64,000 bases of DNA from Felis catus (Eukaryota), in the NCBI RefSeq assembly GCF_018350175.1, contig NC_058383.1:15378001-15442000 (forward strand), given 5' to 3'. Positions 62,380 to 64,000 of this stretch are shown in pieces. Each line of letters opens with the position of its first letter. The stretch's first letter is position 1. Made by a program: the position numbers and the translations under genes. A model generated the notes under the pieces. That model did not search any database. It was given only the letters and a program-made list of their open reading frames with translations, and was not told the DNA's origin.

Positions 62380-62990
62380 GGCTTAGTGAAGAACTAAAGG
62401 CAGGAATGAGGAAAAGGGAAGGAATTAAGCATGACTCTTAAGTTTCTTTTTTAAGTAATTGAGACGGTGGTGCTGTTTACTGAGATGAGAAAGATTTGGG
62501 GAGAAATAGACCAGAAGAGTGGAAATGAAAAGCTCCATTTTGAATTTGTAAAGTATGAGATGCCTCAGACCTCCAAGCAGAGACTTCAAAGAGGATGCAC
62601 ATAAGAGAACAAAATTCCAGGCAGACCTCAGGGACAAAAATATAAACTTAGGAATAACTAGCATTCAGACAGTACTTAACTGCCATGAAACTGGGTAAGA
62701 TCATCCAGGAAGAAAGTATCAACAAAGAAAAGAACCTCACACCAAGCCCTGAATCGTTTCAACATGCAGAGGTTAGGTAAGGGAAGAAGATCCCAGGGGA
62801 AAAAGGAAGAAAACCACGAGAATGGTTTTGTGAAAGTCAAGAGAAGAGTGATTCGAAGAAGGAATCGCAGTATCAAACCCTACGAAGAGGCCAAGCAAAA
62901 TGAAGGCAGAGAAATACCCACGGGGCTTGACAACATGATGTCCTCGGACCTAGAAAGGAGCAGCCACCGTGGGGCAGAGCGCCAAAGCGG
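62380..62990 (-). mobile_element. L2 fragment
   Basis: ggtggtgctgtttactgagatg..agtatgagatgcct..gccatgaaactgggtaagatcatccagga. Confidence 0.75.
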
Positions 62991-63512
62991 AGTGGGCGAG
63001 CGTGAACTGGGACTTCTGCTCCCAGCTGCAGGGTGTGAAAGACACTGAACACCCTTCCTGTGGAAAATAACCAACACTGAGTAACAGAATATTTTAGTAG
63101 CACAATTTCAAGTGTATCACTGAGTCGACAAACATACGAGGAATTAAAAGTGGACAAGCTTCAACTGAAAAAGGAATCCTAGGAGGTAAGCGAGTGATGG
63201 AGTGGAGGGTATCTGCTGAACTCCGGAGAACCTATTCTGACAGCTGGACAGGACCAGGGAAGAGGAAAGTCGAGGAAACAATACTAGGAGGAGAGTCTAA
63301 CACAGAAGACCAAAGTCAAAGCTGGGACCCCACAAGGCTACATCTCTCATGTACATGTAAACTAGAAATAAACATTCCATGCAAGAGGAGAAAGCAGAAA
63401 ACATAGGCAGAGAGTTTTGGGGCAGGAGGAGGGGGGAGGCAAGAGCTAAGAATAGATACAGGGATTTTATTCAAAAATTCTAAAGTTTCTGGGAGGGATA
63501 AAGAAGAATTTT

Positions 63513-63740
63513 GGGGCGCCTGCGTGGCTCAGTCGGTTAAGCGTCCGACTTCAGTTCAGGTCACGATCTCACAGTCCATGAGTTCGAGCCCCACGTTGGG
63601 CTCTGGGCTGATGGCTCAGAGCCTGGAGCCTGCTTCCGATTCTGTCTCCCTCTCTCTCTGCCTCTCCCCCATTCATGCTCTGTCTCTCTCTGTCTCAAAA
63701 ATAAATAAACGCTAAAAAAAAAAAAATTTTTAAAAAAAAG
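63513..63740 (+). mobile_element. CAN SINE (SINEC_Fc)
   Basis: TSD agaatttt. Confidence 0.94.
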
Positions 63741-63799
63741 GAGAATTTTATAATAAAAACGCAGAACCAAATTAAACCAAAATTCCCAAAACCAATACT

Positions 63800-64000
63800 C
63801 TAACTAGAAGACAACAGATCACTGTGTTCAATTTGGGGGCAGGGCGGGGGGGAATGACTCCCAGCTAGAACTCTATACTCAGTGAAGCATCAATCAACTA
63901 TGAAGGCAAAATAAAGACATGTAGATATAAACATTCTGAAAATCTACTTCGAAACCACCTTTCTCAGAGAACTATTAGAGAACGTGCTCCAAAAACAAGA
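63800..64000 (+). mobile_element. Old L1/HAL1 ORF1 C-terminal fragment
   Basis: ctagaactctatactcag..tgaaggcaaaataaagacat..ctttctcagagaactatt. Confidence 0.55.

Noticed and set aside
480..63770. Recurrent short ORFs such as MAQSVKRPTSAQVMIS.. and ERERE..
   Set aside because: Chance translations of CAN SINEs and their (CT)n tracts

Overview
Mammalian, almost certainly felid (cat-family), genomic DNA, judged by the dense SINEC_Fc/CAN-type SINEs and carnivore L1s. The whole window lies inside one minus-strand gene, TYW1 (S-adenosylmethionine-dependent tRNA 4-demethylwyosine synthase). Four consecutive internal coding exons (62070-61948, 46052-45935, 40207-40155, 5038-4920) have canonical AG/GT ends and splice in frame. 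Together they encode the acidic linker, the CX12CX12C auxiliary [4Fe-4S] motif and the CxxxCxxC radical-SAM motif. The rest is intron, mostly transposable elements: about 39 CAN SINEs, nested L1s of several ages, ERVL/MaLR LTRs, an ERVL internal remnant, hAT-Charlie DNA transposon fossils, L2/L3/MIR fragments and microsatellites. I found no convincing previously undescribed biological system. The findings are modest, testable points about gene architecture, TE nesting and possible RNA structure. Repeat subfamily names come from recalled consensus sequences and their boundaries are approximate. Exon boundaries were read base by base.
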